Assembly (NCBI GenBank): GCA_963708025.1
Contig: CAVPSB010000015.1
Span: forward strand, 288,001-352,000
Length of the DNA stretch: 64,000 nt
Source: an uncultured Candidatus Rokubacteria bacterium
GTDB lineage: Bacteria; Methylomirabilota; Methylomirabilia; Rokubacteriales; DASRDR01
Reading direction: 5' to 3'
Position numbers and translations under genes: made by a program. Below the pieces are notes generated by a model. The model ran no database searches, was not told the origin of the DNA, and saw only the letters and a list, made by a program, of their open reading frames with translations. Positions 1-8,961 of this stretch are shown here, piece after piece; within the stretch, counting starts at the first letter, position 1; each line of letters begins with the position of its first letter.

Positions 1-2
1 AC

Positions 3-749
3 GAGCTGGACGGCGGCACCGCCCCCGGCCTGGCCGTCATCTTCGCCCGCGCCCAGGGCGTGGACCTCAAGCTGGTCGCGGCCATCTGCCAGGAGGCGGC
101 CGGCAAGGAGTGGTTCACGACCCAGTACATGGTCAAGGACGACGGCCCCATCAAGAGCGTCAAGGACCTCAAGGGCGGCACCGTGGCCGTGGTCGGGATC
201 AAGACCGCCACCGACCTGTGGGCGCGGGCGGCGATCCTGAACGCCGGCCTGGTCCCGGACAGGGACGTCAAGGTGGTGCCGATGGGGTTTCCCGCCATCG
301 GCCCGGCCGTCCGCTCGGACAAGGTGACCGCCGGGACCTTCGTGGAGCCGTTCTACTCGGCCGAGAAGGCCAAGGGCGGGCTGCGGACGCTGTTCACGGC
401 GGTCGACGTGGTCGGCTACGACCACGAGCTGCTCGACATCTGGTTCGGCGAGCGCTTCCTCAAGGCGCAGCCCGACGCCGTGCGCGCGTTCCTCGCCGAC
501 TACGTCGCCGTCACCCGGTACTACCTGGCCAACACCGAGCAGGCCAAGCGCGACATCCACAAGGCGGGCTTCGTCCGGACGCCGCTCGAGCTCTACCTGA
601 AGAACGCCGACTGGAAGCGCGATCCGAACGGCCGGGTGGACGTCGCCAGCCTGAAGAAGCTGACGGCGCTGATGCTCGAGAAGCTCGCCTGGCTGGAGAA
701 GCCAGTCAACGTGGACGAGCTGGTCGACCAGGGCTACCTGCCGAAGTAG
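3..749 (+). CDS. NitT/TauT-family ABC transporter substrate-binding protein (5' truncated by window edge)
   Basis: Frame open from window start (ELDGGTAPGL...); IKSVKDLKGGTVAV and AGLVPDRDVKVVPMGFP are typical of SsuA/NMT1-type SBPs; followed by the ATPase. Confidence 0.85.
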   Translation, partial: ELDGGTAPGLAVIFARAQGVDLKLVAAICQEAAGKEWFTTQYMVKDDGPIKSVKDLKGGTVAVVGIKTATDLWARAAILNAGLVPDRDVKVVPMGFPAIGPAVRSDKVTAGTFVEPFYSAEKAKGGLRTLFTAVDVVGYDHELLDIWFGERFLKAQPDAVRAFLADYVAVTRYYLANTEQAKRDIHKAGFVRTPLELYLKNADWKRDPNGRVDVASLKKLTALMLEKLAWLEKPVNVDELVDQGYLPK

Positions 750-773
750 GGCCGCGGCGGGCGGCGGGCCGGC

Positions 774-1553
774 ATGAGCGTCGTCGCCCTGGAGGCGGTG
801 GGCGTCCGGAAGCTCTACACGAAGAACGGCCGCCAGCTCCCGGTCCTCGACCTCGAGCGGTTCACCGCCCGCGAGGGGGAGTTCGTCACCGTGGTCGGCC
901 CCAGCGGCTGCGGCAAGAGCACCTTCCTCCACATCGTGGGCGGCTTCATTCGGCCGGAGGCCGGGTCGATCCGCGTCTACGGCCGGGAGGTGGCCGGCCC
1001 CGGCCCCGACCGCGGCATGATGTTCCAGGAGTTCGCGCTCTTCCCCTGGCGCACGGTGGCCGGCAACGTCGAGTGGGGACTCGAGGTGCAGGGGGTGCCG
1101 CGCGGCGAGCGGGAGGCGACCGTCCGGAAGTACCTGGAGCTCATGGACCTGGTGGAGTTCCGCCACCACTATCCAGCCGAGATCTCGGGCGGCATGAAGC
1201 AGCGGGTGGCGCTGGCCCGGGTCCTGGCCTTCGATCCCAAGGTCCTCCTGATGGACGAGCCCTTCGGCGCCCTCGACGCCCAGACGCGCGAGGTCATGCA
1301 GGAGGAGCTGCTCCGGCTCTGGGAGCGGACCGGGAAGACCATCGTCTTCGTGACCCACGACATCGAGGAGGCCGTGTACCTGGGCGACCGCGTGGTCGTC
1401 CTCACCGCCCGCCCGGCCCGGGTCAAGGAGGAGGTGGCCATCGGCCTCCCGCGCCCCCGCGACATCACGGTGAGGAAGTCGGTCGCGTGCCTCGAGTACC
1501 GGAACCACGTAGGGGACCTGATCCGCGGCGAAGCCGCCGACCGCCGCGGCTAG
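774..1553 (+). CDS. NitT/TauT-family ABC transporter ATP-binding protein
   Basis: Walker A GPSGCGKST, signature ISGGMKQR, Walker B LLMDEPFGALD, FVTHD. Confidence 0.95.
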   Translation: MSVVALEAVGVRKLYTKNGRQLPVLDLERFTAREGEFVTVVGPSGCGKSTFLHIVGGFIRPEAGSIRVYGREVAGPGPDRGMMFQEFALFPWRTVAGNVEWGLEVQGVPRGEREATVRKYLELMDLVEFRHHYPAEISGGMKQRVALARVLAFDPKVLLMDEPFGALDAQTREVMQEELLRLWERTGKTIVFVTHDIEEAVYLGDRVVVLTARPARVKEEVAIGLPRPRDITVRKSVACLEYRNHVGDLIRGEAADRRG

Positions 1554-1611
1554 ACCCTCGGGAGTCCTCGGGGGTCTTCCGGGATCCCGAGGAGGGTGTG
1601 AGGGAATCGGC

Positions 1612-1680
1612 CTCCGGCTCCCCCCTCCCCCCAGCGGGTGGGGGAGGGGGGCTGGGGGGGGGGAGGAGGGAGGTCCCGAA
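1612..1680. repeat. G/C-rich palindromic repeat (family 2, copy 1)
   Basis: CTCCGGCTCCCCCCTCCCCCC-AGCGGGT-GGGGGAGGGGGG...GGGAGGTCCCGAA; near-identical to 38692-38758 and related to 30497-30623. Confidence 0.85.
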
Positions 1681-1682
1681 AA

Positions 1683-2456
1683 TCAGGCGTAGTAGGAGTC
1701 GAGCTTCTCCCAGAAGACGAGGCGGTTCCGCAGCAGGACCAGGAGGCGGTCGAGGCCGAGGCCGAGCGCCGCGATGACGACGACCGCCGCCAGCATCCGG
1801 TCCGTCTTCAGCGACGCCAGCGAGTAGATGACCAGGTAGCCGAGCCCGTCGGCCGAGCTGATCATCTCGGTGATGATGACGACGATCATCGCGATCGGGA
1901 GGGCCACCCGGAGGCCGGCGAAGATGTAGGGAGCGGTGGCCGGCATGACGATGCGGCGGAGCACCTGCCCGCGCGAGGCGCCCATGTTGAGCGCCGACCA
2001 CACCAGGACCCGGTTGACGGCCCGGCTGCCGGCGTAGGCGTTGATGACGATCGGGTAGAGGCACTCCAGGAAGACCAGCAGGACCTTGGACAGGCTGCCG
2101 ATCCCGAAGGCGAAGATGAAGATGGGGAGGAGCGCGATCTTCGGGATCGGATAGGTGCCGGTCAGGAGGGGATCGACGATGGCCGCCAGCAGCGCCGATC
2201 GCCCCATCGCCACGCCGATCAGCACGCCGGCGGCGGCGGCGAGCGCGAAGCCGGCCAGGGCCCGGTAGAGGGAGTGCCACGCCTCGCCGAGCGACTCGAC
2301 CCGGACGAGGAGCCACCCCAGCTCGCGGGCGACGCTGACCAGCGAGGGGAAGATGATGGGGCTCAGGTTTGCGGTCCGGGCGATCACCTCCCAGGCCACC
2401 AGGCCGCCGGCCAGCAGGGCGACCCGCCGGAGCCACGCGGCGCCGCCGGCGCTCAC
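1683..2456 (-). CDS. NitT/TauT-family ABC transporter permease
   Basis: Multiple TM segments, YPIPKIALLP, ALNMGASRGQVLRRIVMP (EAA-loop region); GTG start overlaps the upstream TGA. Confidence 0.92.
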   Translation of the reverse strand: MSAGGAAWLRRVALLAGGLVAWEVIARTANLSPIIFPSLVSVARELGWLLVRVESLGEAWHSLYRALAGFALAAAAGVLIGVAMGRSALLAAIVDPLLTGTYPIPKIALLPIFIFAFGIGSLSKVLLVFLECLYPIVINAYAGSRAVNRVLVWSALNMGASRGQVLRRIVMPATAPYIFAGLRVALPIAMIVVIITEMISSADGLGYLVIYSLASLKTDRMLAAVVVIAALGLGLDRLLVLLRNRLVFWEKLDSYYA

Positions 2457-3209
2457 GCGGCCGACGCCTCTTGCCACGCCAGCACGCGCCGGCGCACGAG
2501 CCGCAGGAGCTGGTCGCTCGCGTAGCCCAGGATCGCGATCGCCAGGATGGCGACGTACATCAGGTCGAAGCGGAGGCTATTCTCCGACTGCCGGATCAGG
2601 AACCCGAGCCCCGAGCGCGCGTTGATCATCTCGGTGGAGAAGAGCAGGATGAACGACAGCGCCAGCGACACGCGGATACCGGCGAAGATCAGCGGCAGCG
2701 CGACGGGGACCACGATCTTCCGGAAGATCTGCGCCGCGGCCGGCCCCCATGTTGAGGGCGGACCAGACCAGGATGGTCGGCGTGGCGCGGGCGCCGTAGT
2801 AGGCGTTGATGAAGCTCGGGTAGAAGCAGGCGAGCGCGATGATCAGCACCTTCGAGAGGTCGCCGATCCCGAACCAGAGCATGAAGATCGGCAGGAAGAC
2901 GATCTTCGGGACCGGGTAGGTGAGGAAGACCACCGGGCTCAGGAGCTGGTCGAACCCCCGCGCCGCGCCGGCGCCGAGCCCCAGCGCGATGCCGGCGGCG
3001 GTCCCGAGGGCGAAGCCCGGGAGCGAGCGGACGAGGCTGGCGGCGACGTGAGGGAGAAGCTCCCCGGAGCGGAGCGCCTCGATGAAGTGGGTGGCGACCT
3101 CGGCCGGGCTCAGGACGAAGTCGGGCAGGCCGGTCAGCCACAGGAGCTGCCAGAGCGCCAGCGCGCCGAGCAGGGCGAGGGGGCCAACCAGCCGGCGGGC
3201 GGCGGGCAT
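2453..3209 (-). CDS. NitT/TauT-family ABC transporter permease (frameshift near 2735)
   Basis: ORFs 2577-3248 and 2453-2713 join as ...ALNMGAGRAQIFRKIVVP... if one base is removed; paralogous to the adjacent permease. Confidence 0.85.
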
Positions 3210-3216
3210 GATCAGC

Positions 3217-3326
3217 GGGCGGGGACCGATGAGCGTCGCAAGGTTCATCTCGGTCGGGACGCGCTCGGCCTACAACGTTCGGACGGCCTTCGGCCTGTGG
3301 GCGCTGCTCGCTCCTCGGCCCCGCCC
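3217..3326 (+). repeat. Structured dispersed repeat family 1, copy A (short)
   Basis: GGGCGGGGACCGA...TCGGCCCCGCCC terminal inverted repeat; internal blocks GTTCATCTCGGTCGGGACGCGCTCGGCCT and GCGCTGCTCGCTCC shared with other copies. Confidence 0.9.
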
Positions 3327-3370
3327 CCGGAACTTGACTCATCCGTCATGACTTTGGCGCCCCAAGGACT

Positions 3371-5068
3371 CTAGCGCGGGGTGGGTCGCAGGAAGTCGAA
3401 GTCGCACCCCTCGGAGGCCTGGAGCACCCGCTCGACGAAGAGCCGGCGGTAGCCGCGCTCGAAGCCCGGCGCCGGGGCCCGCCACTCGGCCCGCCGCCGG
3501 GCCAGCTCGTCGTCGGGCACCCGCAGGTCGAGCCGCCGCGCCTCCACGTCGAGCACGATCTCGTCGCCGTCCCGCACCAGCGCCAGCGGACCGCCCACGG
3601 CCGCCTCGGGCGCGACGTGGAGCACGACCGTGCCGCCGGCGGTGCCGCTCATCCGCGCGTCGGAGACGCGCACCATGTCGCGGACCCCGGCCGCCAGCAG
3701 CTTGGCCGGGATCGGCAGCGAGCCGGCCTCGGGCATCCCGGGGCCGCCGACGGGCCCGGCGTTCTGGAGCACGAGCACGCTGTCGGGGGTGACGGGCAGC
3801 GCCGGGTCGTCCACACGGGCGGTGAGGTCGTCGAGGTCGCGGAAGACGCACGCCGGGCCGCGGTGGCGCAGGAGCGCCGGTGAGGCCGCCGAGACCTTCA
3901 TCACCGCGCCGTCGGGGGCGAGGTTGCCCCGCAGGATCGCCAGGCCGCCCTCCGCCCGGAGCGGGCGCTCGAGTGGCGTGATCACGTCCTGCCACGCCCC
4001 CGGCACGGGCACGCCGTCGAGCACGTCGCCGAGCGTCTGCCCGGTCACCGTGAGCACCTCCCGCGCCAGGAGCGGCGCCAGCACCTTCATCACGCCCGGG
4101 ATGCCGCCGGCCTCGACGAGGTCCTCCATGAGGTGCTTCCCGGATGGCCGGACGTTGGCCACCACCGGCGTCGTCCGGCCGACGCGGTCGAAGTCGTCGA
4201 GGGTCAGCGGCACCCCGGCACGCCCGGCGATCGCCAGGAGGTGGACCACGGCGTTGGTGGAGCCGCCGAGGGCCATGACGACCCGGAGCGCGTTCTCGAA
4301 CGCCGGCCGGGTCAGGATCACCGACGGCCGGAGGTCCTCGCGCGCCATCTCGACGATCCGCCGGCCGGCGGCCTCGGCGAGACGGAGGCGGCGCGCCAGC
4401 GGCGCCGGGATCGCCGCCATCCCGGGGAGCGTGAGGCCGAGCGCCTCGGCGAGGGCCGCCATCGTGCTGGCCGTGCCCATGACCATGCAGGTGCCGGTGG
4501 ACGGGAAGAGCTCGCCCTGGATCGCCTCCAGGCGGACGGCGTCGAGGGTGCCCGCCCGGTACTCGCTCCAGAAGCGCCGGCAGTCGGTGCAGGCCCCGAG
4601 CCGCGCCCCCTCGTGGCGTCCGGCCAGCATCGGGCCCGCGGTGACCACGATGGCCGGACGATCGGCGCTGGCCGCGCCCATGATCTGGGCGGGCATGGTC
4701 TTGTCGCAGCCCCCGAGCAGGACGACGCCGTCCATCGGCTGGCCGAGGATCATCTCCTCGGTGTCCATCGCCATCAGGTTGCGGAAGAGCATGGTGGTCG
4801 GCGAGAGGTAGATCTCGCCGAGCGAGATGGTCGGGAACTCGAGCGGGAGACCGCCGGCCTGCCAGACGCCGCGCTTCACGGCCTCGGCGATCTCGCGGAG
4901 GTGCCGGTGGCAGTGGTTGAACTCGCTCCAGGTCTGGGCGATCCCGATGATGGGCCGGGCGAGGTCCTCGGCCGTCAGCCCCGAGCCCCGGGCGTAGGCG
5001 CCGCGGATGAAGAGGCTGAAGGCGGGGTCGCCGTAGTGGGTCAGGCCGCGTCGGATGCCGTGGATCAT
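3371..5068 (-). CDS. IlvD/Edd-family dehydratase (probable sugar-acid dehydratase)
   Basis: GGCDKT, GTCMVMGTASTM, GGSTNAV, LRGNLAPDGAVMK and SDARMSGT motifs. Confidence 0.92.
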   Translation of the reverse strand: MIHGIRRGLTHYGDPAFSLFIRGAYARGSGLTAEDLARPIIGIAQTWSEFNHCHRHLREIAEAVKRGVWQAGGLPLEFPTISLGEIYLSPTTMLFRNLMAMDTEEMILGQPMDGVVLLGGCDKTMPAQIMGAASADRPAIVVTAGPMLAGRHEGARLGACTDCRRFWSEYRAGTLDAVRLEAIQGELFPSTGTCMVMGTASTMAALAEALGLTLPGMAAIPAPLARRLRLAEAAGRRIVEMAREDLRPSVILTRPAFENALRVVMALGGSTNAVVHLLAIAGRAGVPLTLDDFDRVGRTTPVVANVRPSGKHLMEDLVEAGGIPGVMKVLAPLLAREVLTVTGQTLGDVLDGVPVPGAWQDVITPLERPLRAEGGLAILRGNLAPDGAVMKVSAASPALLRHRGPACVFRDLDDLTARVDDPALPVTPDSVLVLQNAGPVGGPGMPEAGSLPIPAKLLAAGVRDMVRVSDARMSGTAGGTVVLHVAPEAAVGGPLALVRDGDEIVLDVEARRLDLRVPDDELARRRAEWRAPAPGFERGYRRLFVERVLQASEGCDFDFLRPTPR

Positions 5069-5144
5069 GCCGAGCCTCCTGGGTGGCGGTGGCGGAGAGC
5101 TACGCGGTAAGATACCTCATCCCGCGCACGACCCAGGAGGGGCC

Positions 5145-7565
5145 ATGCCCGAGCCGTTCACGGCCGCCCTCGGCCGCCCGACCGACGCTCCGCGCCTGAC
5201 CGCCGAGGAGCGGCGGATCCTGGAGCGCATCCAGGACCGGCTCCTGTGGCTGGCGACGTACACCATCCACTACGCCAACGCCCAGCGGAAGAATCCCTCG
5301 CCGGAGCGGGTCGGCGGCCACCAGTCCAGCTCGACGTCGGTCCTCACCCTGCTCACGGCCCTCTACTTCAAGCTCCTGCGGCCCGGCGACCGCATCGCGG
5401 TCAAGCCGACCGCGGCGCCGATCTTCTACGCGATCCAGGTGCTGCGCGGCCTCCTGCCGCCCGAGGGCCTGAAGGCCTACCGGTCCCTCGACGGGCTCCA
5501 GGCCTACCCCAGCCGCGCCAAGAACCCCGACTGGCTCGACTTCTCGACCGGCTCGATGGGCCTGGGCGCCGTCGCGCCCGCCTTCGCGACCCTGATGGAT
5601 CGCTACCTCGCGGACCACTTCGGCGCCCCCGGCGAGGGTGTTCCCGGCCGCCCGCGCAACATCGCGCTGGTCGGGGACGCCGAGCTGGACGAGGGGAGCG
5701 TGTGGGAGGCCTGGACCGAGGAGGCGATGGCCGAGCTGGCCGGACACGTGGTCGTGGTCGACCTGAACCGGCAGAGCCTCGACCGCGTCGTCGGCGACCG
5801 GCGGAGCCGGCAGCTCGAGGCGTTGTTCGGCGCGCTCGGCTGGCACGTGATCCGGCTCCGCCACGGCCGTCGGCGCGCGGCGCGGTTTGCGGGGCCGGGC
5901 GGCGAGTGGCTGCGGGATCGCTTCCAGACGATGGAGAACCTCGAGTACCACGCGCTCCTGCGCCTCGCTCCGGACGCCGCGCGGGCGGCGCTGCTCCGCG
6001 ACGCCCCACCGCCGGCGCGGGCCGCGCTCGACGACCTCGGCGCCGCCGCGGTGCGCGCGCTCCTCACCGACCTCGGGGGCCACGACCTCGACGCCGTCGT
6101 GGACGCCTTCGCCGAGGCCGATGCCGTCGGCGACCGGCCGGTGGCGATCCTGGCCTGGACGCTCAAGGGCTGGCGGCTTCCGTTCGCCGGCGACCCGCTC
6201 AACCACGGCGCCCAGCTCACCGCCGACCAGATCCAGGCGCTCGGCCGGGAGCTGGGGGTGGCCGAGGGGGACGAGTGGGGCCCGTTCGCGCCGGACAGCG
6301 CGGAGGCCGGCTACATCCGCCGGGTCATGGGGGCCGGGATCGGGCTCCCCCACCGCTACGCGCCGCCGCCGCCCATCCGGATCCCGGATCGACTCGAGCG
6401 ACCGCCCCGGCCGGCGACCTCGACCCAGGAGGCCTTCGGCGACGTGCTGGCGGCCCTGGCCCGGAACGCCGATCTCTCCCGGCACCTGGTCACCGTGTCG
6501 CCTGACGTGGCGACCACGACCCATCTCTCCGGGTGGGTGAACCGCCGCGGGGTCTACGCGCTCCGCGAGAGGGACGACGCCTTCGAGCGCCACGGCCTCG
6601 GCTCGCTGGTTCGCTGGCGCGAGAGCCCGGCCGGCCAGCACATCGAGCTGGGGATCGGCGAGGCGTCCTTGTTCATCCTCCTGTCGGTGCTCGGGCTAGC
6701 CCCCGAGCTGACGGGTCGCGCGTTGCTGCCGATCGGGACGCTCTACGACTGCTTTCTCCCCCGCGGCCTCGACCCACTCCTCCACGCCACCTACTCGAAG
6801 GCGCGCTTTCTCCTGGTGGCGAGCCCGTCGGGGATCACGCTGGCGCCCGAGGGGGGGGCCCACCAGTCGGTCCTGACGCCGAGCCTGGGCATCGAGGTGC
6901 CGAACCTGGCCGCCTACGAGCCGACGTTCGCCGGCGAGGTCGAGTGGCTCGTGCTCGACGCGCTGCGACGCATCCAGGATCGTGAGCACGGGCACGCGGT
7001 GTACGTCCGGCTCTCGACGAAGGTCGTGGACCAGGCCCTCCTCGAGCCCGCGGTGGCCCGGCTCGGCGAGACCGAGCTGCGCGCGCAGGTGCTCCGCGGA
7101 GGCTACCGCCTGGTCGACCATCGCGCGCGCGCGGGGTACGAGCCGGGCGCCAACGTCGTGACCCTCGCCGCGACCGGCGTGATGGTGCCGGACGCGGTCG
7201 CGGCGAGCCGGCTACTCGAGGCGGAGGGGATCTTCGCCAACGTGCTCGCGCTGACGAGCCCGCGGCTCTGCTACGACGGCTGGCGGGCCCGCCTGGACGG
7301 CCACGTGCGGAAGCGCGGGCCGCGGCCGCCGTCGTGGCTGCGCGGGCTCGTGCCCGCCGCCGAGGTCGAAGGCCAGGTGCCGATCGTGAGCGTGGTCGAC
7401 GGGCACTCGCACGCGCTCGCCTGGCTGGGGACCGCGATCGGCGTGCCCCAGGTGGCGCTCGGCGTCGACGGGTTCGGGCAGTCCGGGGCCCGGGACGATC
7501 TCTACCAGCATTACGGGATCGACGCGGAGACGATCGCCGCCGCCGCGCGCCTGACGCTCGCGTGA
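5145..7565 (+). CDS. AceE-like (homodimeric pyruvate dehydrogenase E1/transketolase-type) TPP-dependent enzyme
   Basis: GGHQSSS, STGSMGLG, TPP motif GDAELDEG...N, GITLAPEGGAHQS, FGQSG; SD AGGAGG before ATG 5145. Confidence 0.88.
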   Translation: MPEPFTAALGRPTDAPRLTAEERRILERIQDRLLWLATYTIHYANAQRKNPSPERVGGHQSSSTSVLTLLTALYFKLLRPGDRIAVKPTAAPIFYAIQVLRGLLPPEGLKAYRSLDGLQAYPSRAKNPDWLDFSTGSMGLGAVAPAFATLMDRYLADHFGAPGEGVPGRPRNIALVGDAELDEGSVWEAWTEEAMAELAGHVVVVDLNRQSLDRVVGDRRSRQLEALFGALGWHVIRLRHGRRRAARFAGPGGEWLRDRFQTMENLEYHALLRLAPDAARAALLRDAPPPARAALDDLGAAAVRALLTDLGGHDLDAVVDAFAEADAVGDRPVAILAWTLKGWRLPFAGDPLNHGAQLTADQIQALGRELGVAEGDEWGPFAPDSAEAGYIRRVMGAGIGLPHRYAPPPPIRIPDRLERPPRPATSTQEAFGDVLAALARNADLSRHLVTVSPDVATTTHLSGWVNRRGVYALRERDDAFERHGLGSLVRWRESPAGQHIELGIGEASLFILLSVLGLAPELTGRALLPIGTLYDCFLPRGLDPLLHATYSKARFLLVASPSGITLAPEGGAHQSVLTPSLGIEVPNLAAYEPTFAGEVEWLVLDALRRIQDREHGHAVYVRLSTKVVDQALLEPAVARLGETELRAQVLRGGYRLVDHRARAGYEPGANVVTLAATGVMVPDAVAASRLLEAEGIFANVLALTSPRLCYDGWRARLDGHVRKRGPRPPSWLRGLVPAAEVEGQVPIVSVVDGHSHALAWLGTAIGVPQVALGVDGFGQSGARDDLYQHYGIDAETIAAAARLTLA

Positions 7566-7633
7566 GGCAGAGCTCGGGGAGTGTTCGAGTTTCCCGTAGA
7601 TCCTCCCATTTGGGAGGCACGGGAGGGGAAAGC

Positions 7634-7663
7634 TTGACAGGCCGAATGAACCTGGGCTATCAA
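7634..7663 (+). promoter_or_regulatory. Putative sigma70 promoter
   Basis: TTGACA (7634-7639), 18 bp spacer, TATCAA (7658-7663). Confidence 0.55.
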
Positions 7664-7671
7664 GAGGCAAC

Positions 7672-7815
7672 CCTTGCCCCCGAGGGGGGCGAGGCGCGGA
7701 GCGCCGGTCGGGCCTCGCGTCGTCGTGATCGAGCTGGGGCGCCTCTCGTGGGCCTTCCGGCCCGCGCGAGGCGCTCGTGTTTTGAGCCAGCCACGCGAGA
7801 TCCCGATCGGTCCGC
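7672..7815 (+). ncRNA. Candidate structured RNA leader or ncRNA upstream of bactofilin
   Basis: 5' hairpin (7672-7694) plus a rod of about 120 nt made of six nested helices whose non-Watson-Crick pairs are G-U on the + strand. Confidence 0.5.
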
Positions 7816-7838
7816 CCGCCGTGAAGGAGGCGACAGAG

Positions 7839-8396
7839 ATGGCACTGTTCGGCCAGCAGTCCCGCAAGGACGAACCGCCCGCCAAACCCGAGCCGAAGCC
7901 GGAGAGGCCGGAGATGCCGCCGTTCAGCGTGCCGCCCGTGGCGCCGGCGCCGGCGCGCCCGGTCGAACCGCTGCGCGGAGTGGAGGAGAAGCCGATGTCG
8001 ATTCCCCCAGCCAAGCTGTCCGAGTCGATCCTGGCCGCGGGCCTCACGATCGAAGGCAAGATCGAGGGCAACGGGAACATCCGCGTGGCCGGACGCTTCA
8101 AGGGGAACGTCAACGTCAAGGGCGAGCTGACGATCGAGCCGGGCGCGTCGCTCGACGGCGAGATCAAGGCGGACAGCGTGCTGGTGGGGGGCGAGGTGCG
8201 CGGGCACATCGTCTCCAAGAGCCGGGTCGAGTTCAAGGAGTCCGGCACGCTCATCGGCGACCTGAAGGCCGGCAGCCTCACGGTGGCCGCCGGCTCGAAG
8301 ATGCGCGGCAAGGTGGAATTCGGCTGGAAGGAGGGCGAGCTGGACTCGGGCCCGCCGCCGGACACCGGCGCCGGCACCCTGCCACCCGCTCGATAA
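7839..8396 (+). CDS. Bactofilin (polymer-forming cytoskeletal protein, CcmA family)
   Basis: Pro-rich N-tail, then beta-helix repeats SILAAGLTIEGKIEGNGNIRVAGRFKGNV...; SD AAGGAGG. Confidence 0.93.
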   Translation: MALFGQQSRKDEPPAKPEPKPERPEMPPFSVPPVAPAPARPVEPLRGVEEKPMSIPPAKLSESILAAGLTIEGKIEGNGNIRVAGRFKGNVNVKGELTIEPGASLDGEIKADSVLVGGEVRGHIVSKSRVEFKESGTLIGDLKAGSLTVAAGSKMRGKVEFGWKEGELDSGPPPDTGAGTLPPAR

Positions 8397-8442
8397 TCGG
8401 TCCCGGGCGGCGGCCCGGTGGCTCATTGCTGGAGGGAATCCG

Positions 8443-8805
8443 ATGAGCACTCGCCCGGCAGCCACCGGTGAAGCGTGGAATTGCCCGCACTGCGGAGAGC
8501 GGATCCTCCGCAGTGCGGCCACCTGCCCGGCGTGCCAGCGTCACCTACGCTTCGACGCCGTCACCGTGGCCCGCCCCGCCCCGGCCACGGTCTGTCCGCT
8601 GACCGTGGACGGCACTATCCGGCACCCGGGCACCGAGGCGCCCTGGGAGTACTCGGTGATCATCGAGATCCACGACGAGCGCGGCGAGATGGTCGCCCGC
8701 CGGGTGGTGGGCGTGGGCGCCATGCGGGCCGGCGAGGGGCGGAAGTTCACGCTGCGCGTCGAGGTGGTCGTACCCGACAAGTCGGTCCTGACCGCCGCGT
8801 CGTAA
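8443..8805 (+). CDS. Zinc-ribbon protein (CPHC-x10-CPAC) with a beta-rich C-terminal domain
   Basis: Two CxxC motifs; SD GGAGG; follows bactofilin. Confidence 0.75.
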   Translation: MSTRPAATGEAWNCPHCGERILRSAATCPACQRHLRFDAVTVARPAPATVCPLTVDGTIRHPGTEAPWEYSVIIEIHDERGEMVARRVVGVGAMRAGEGRKFTLRVEVVVPDKSVLTAAS

Positions 8806-8881
8806 CTCGACCCCCCACGAGAAGAGCGGCCGCCGTCGGGCCCCCCGGTGCCCGACGCCGGCCAGCCGCTCCCGGGCCGGG

Positions 8882-8911
8882 TTGTCCCCGGGCCCCCCTT
8901 GGGCGTATAGT
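8882..8911 (+). promoter_or_regulatory. Putative sigma70 promoter of the peptide ABC operon
   Basis: TTGTCC, 18 bp spacer, TATAGT. Confidence 0.5.
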
Positions 8912-8961
8912 CGCCTCGATCACCTGATTTCCCCAGGCTCGTCCGAGCGAGGAGGCCCCTG

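Noticed and set aside
7696-7815. SRP RNA or 6S RNA
   Set aside because: The reverse-strand GGAA loop lacks the SRP CAGG/AGCA internal loops, and the rod is shorter than 6S with no large central bubble; kept only as an unassigned structured RNA.
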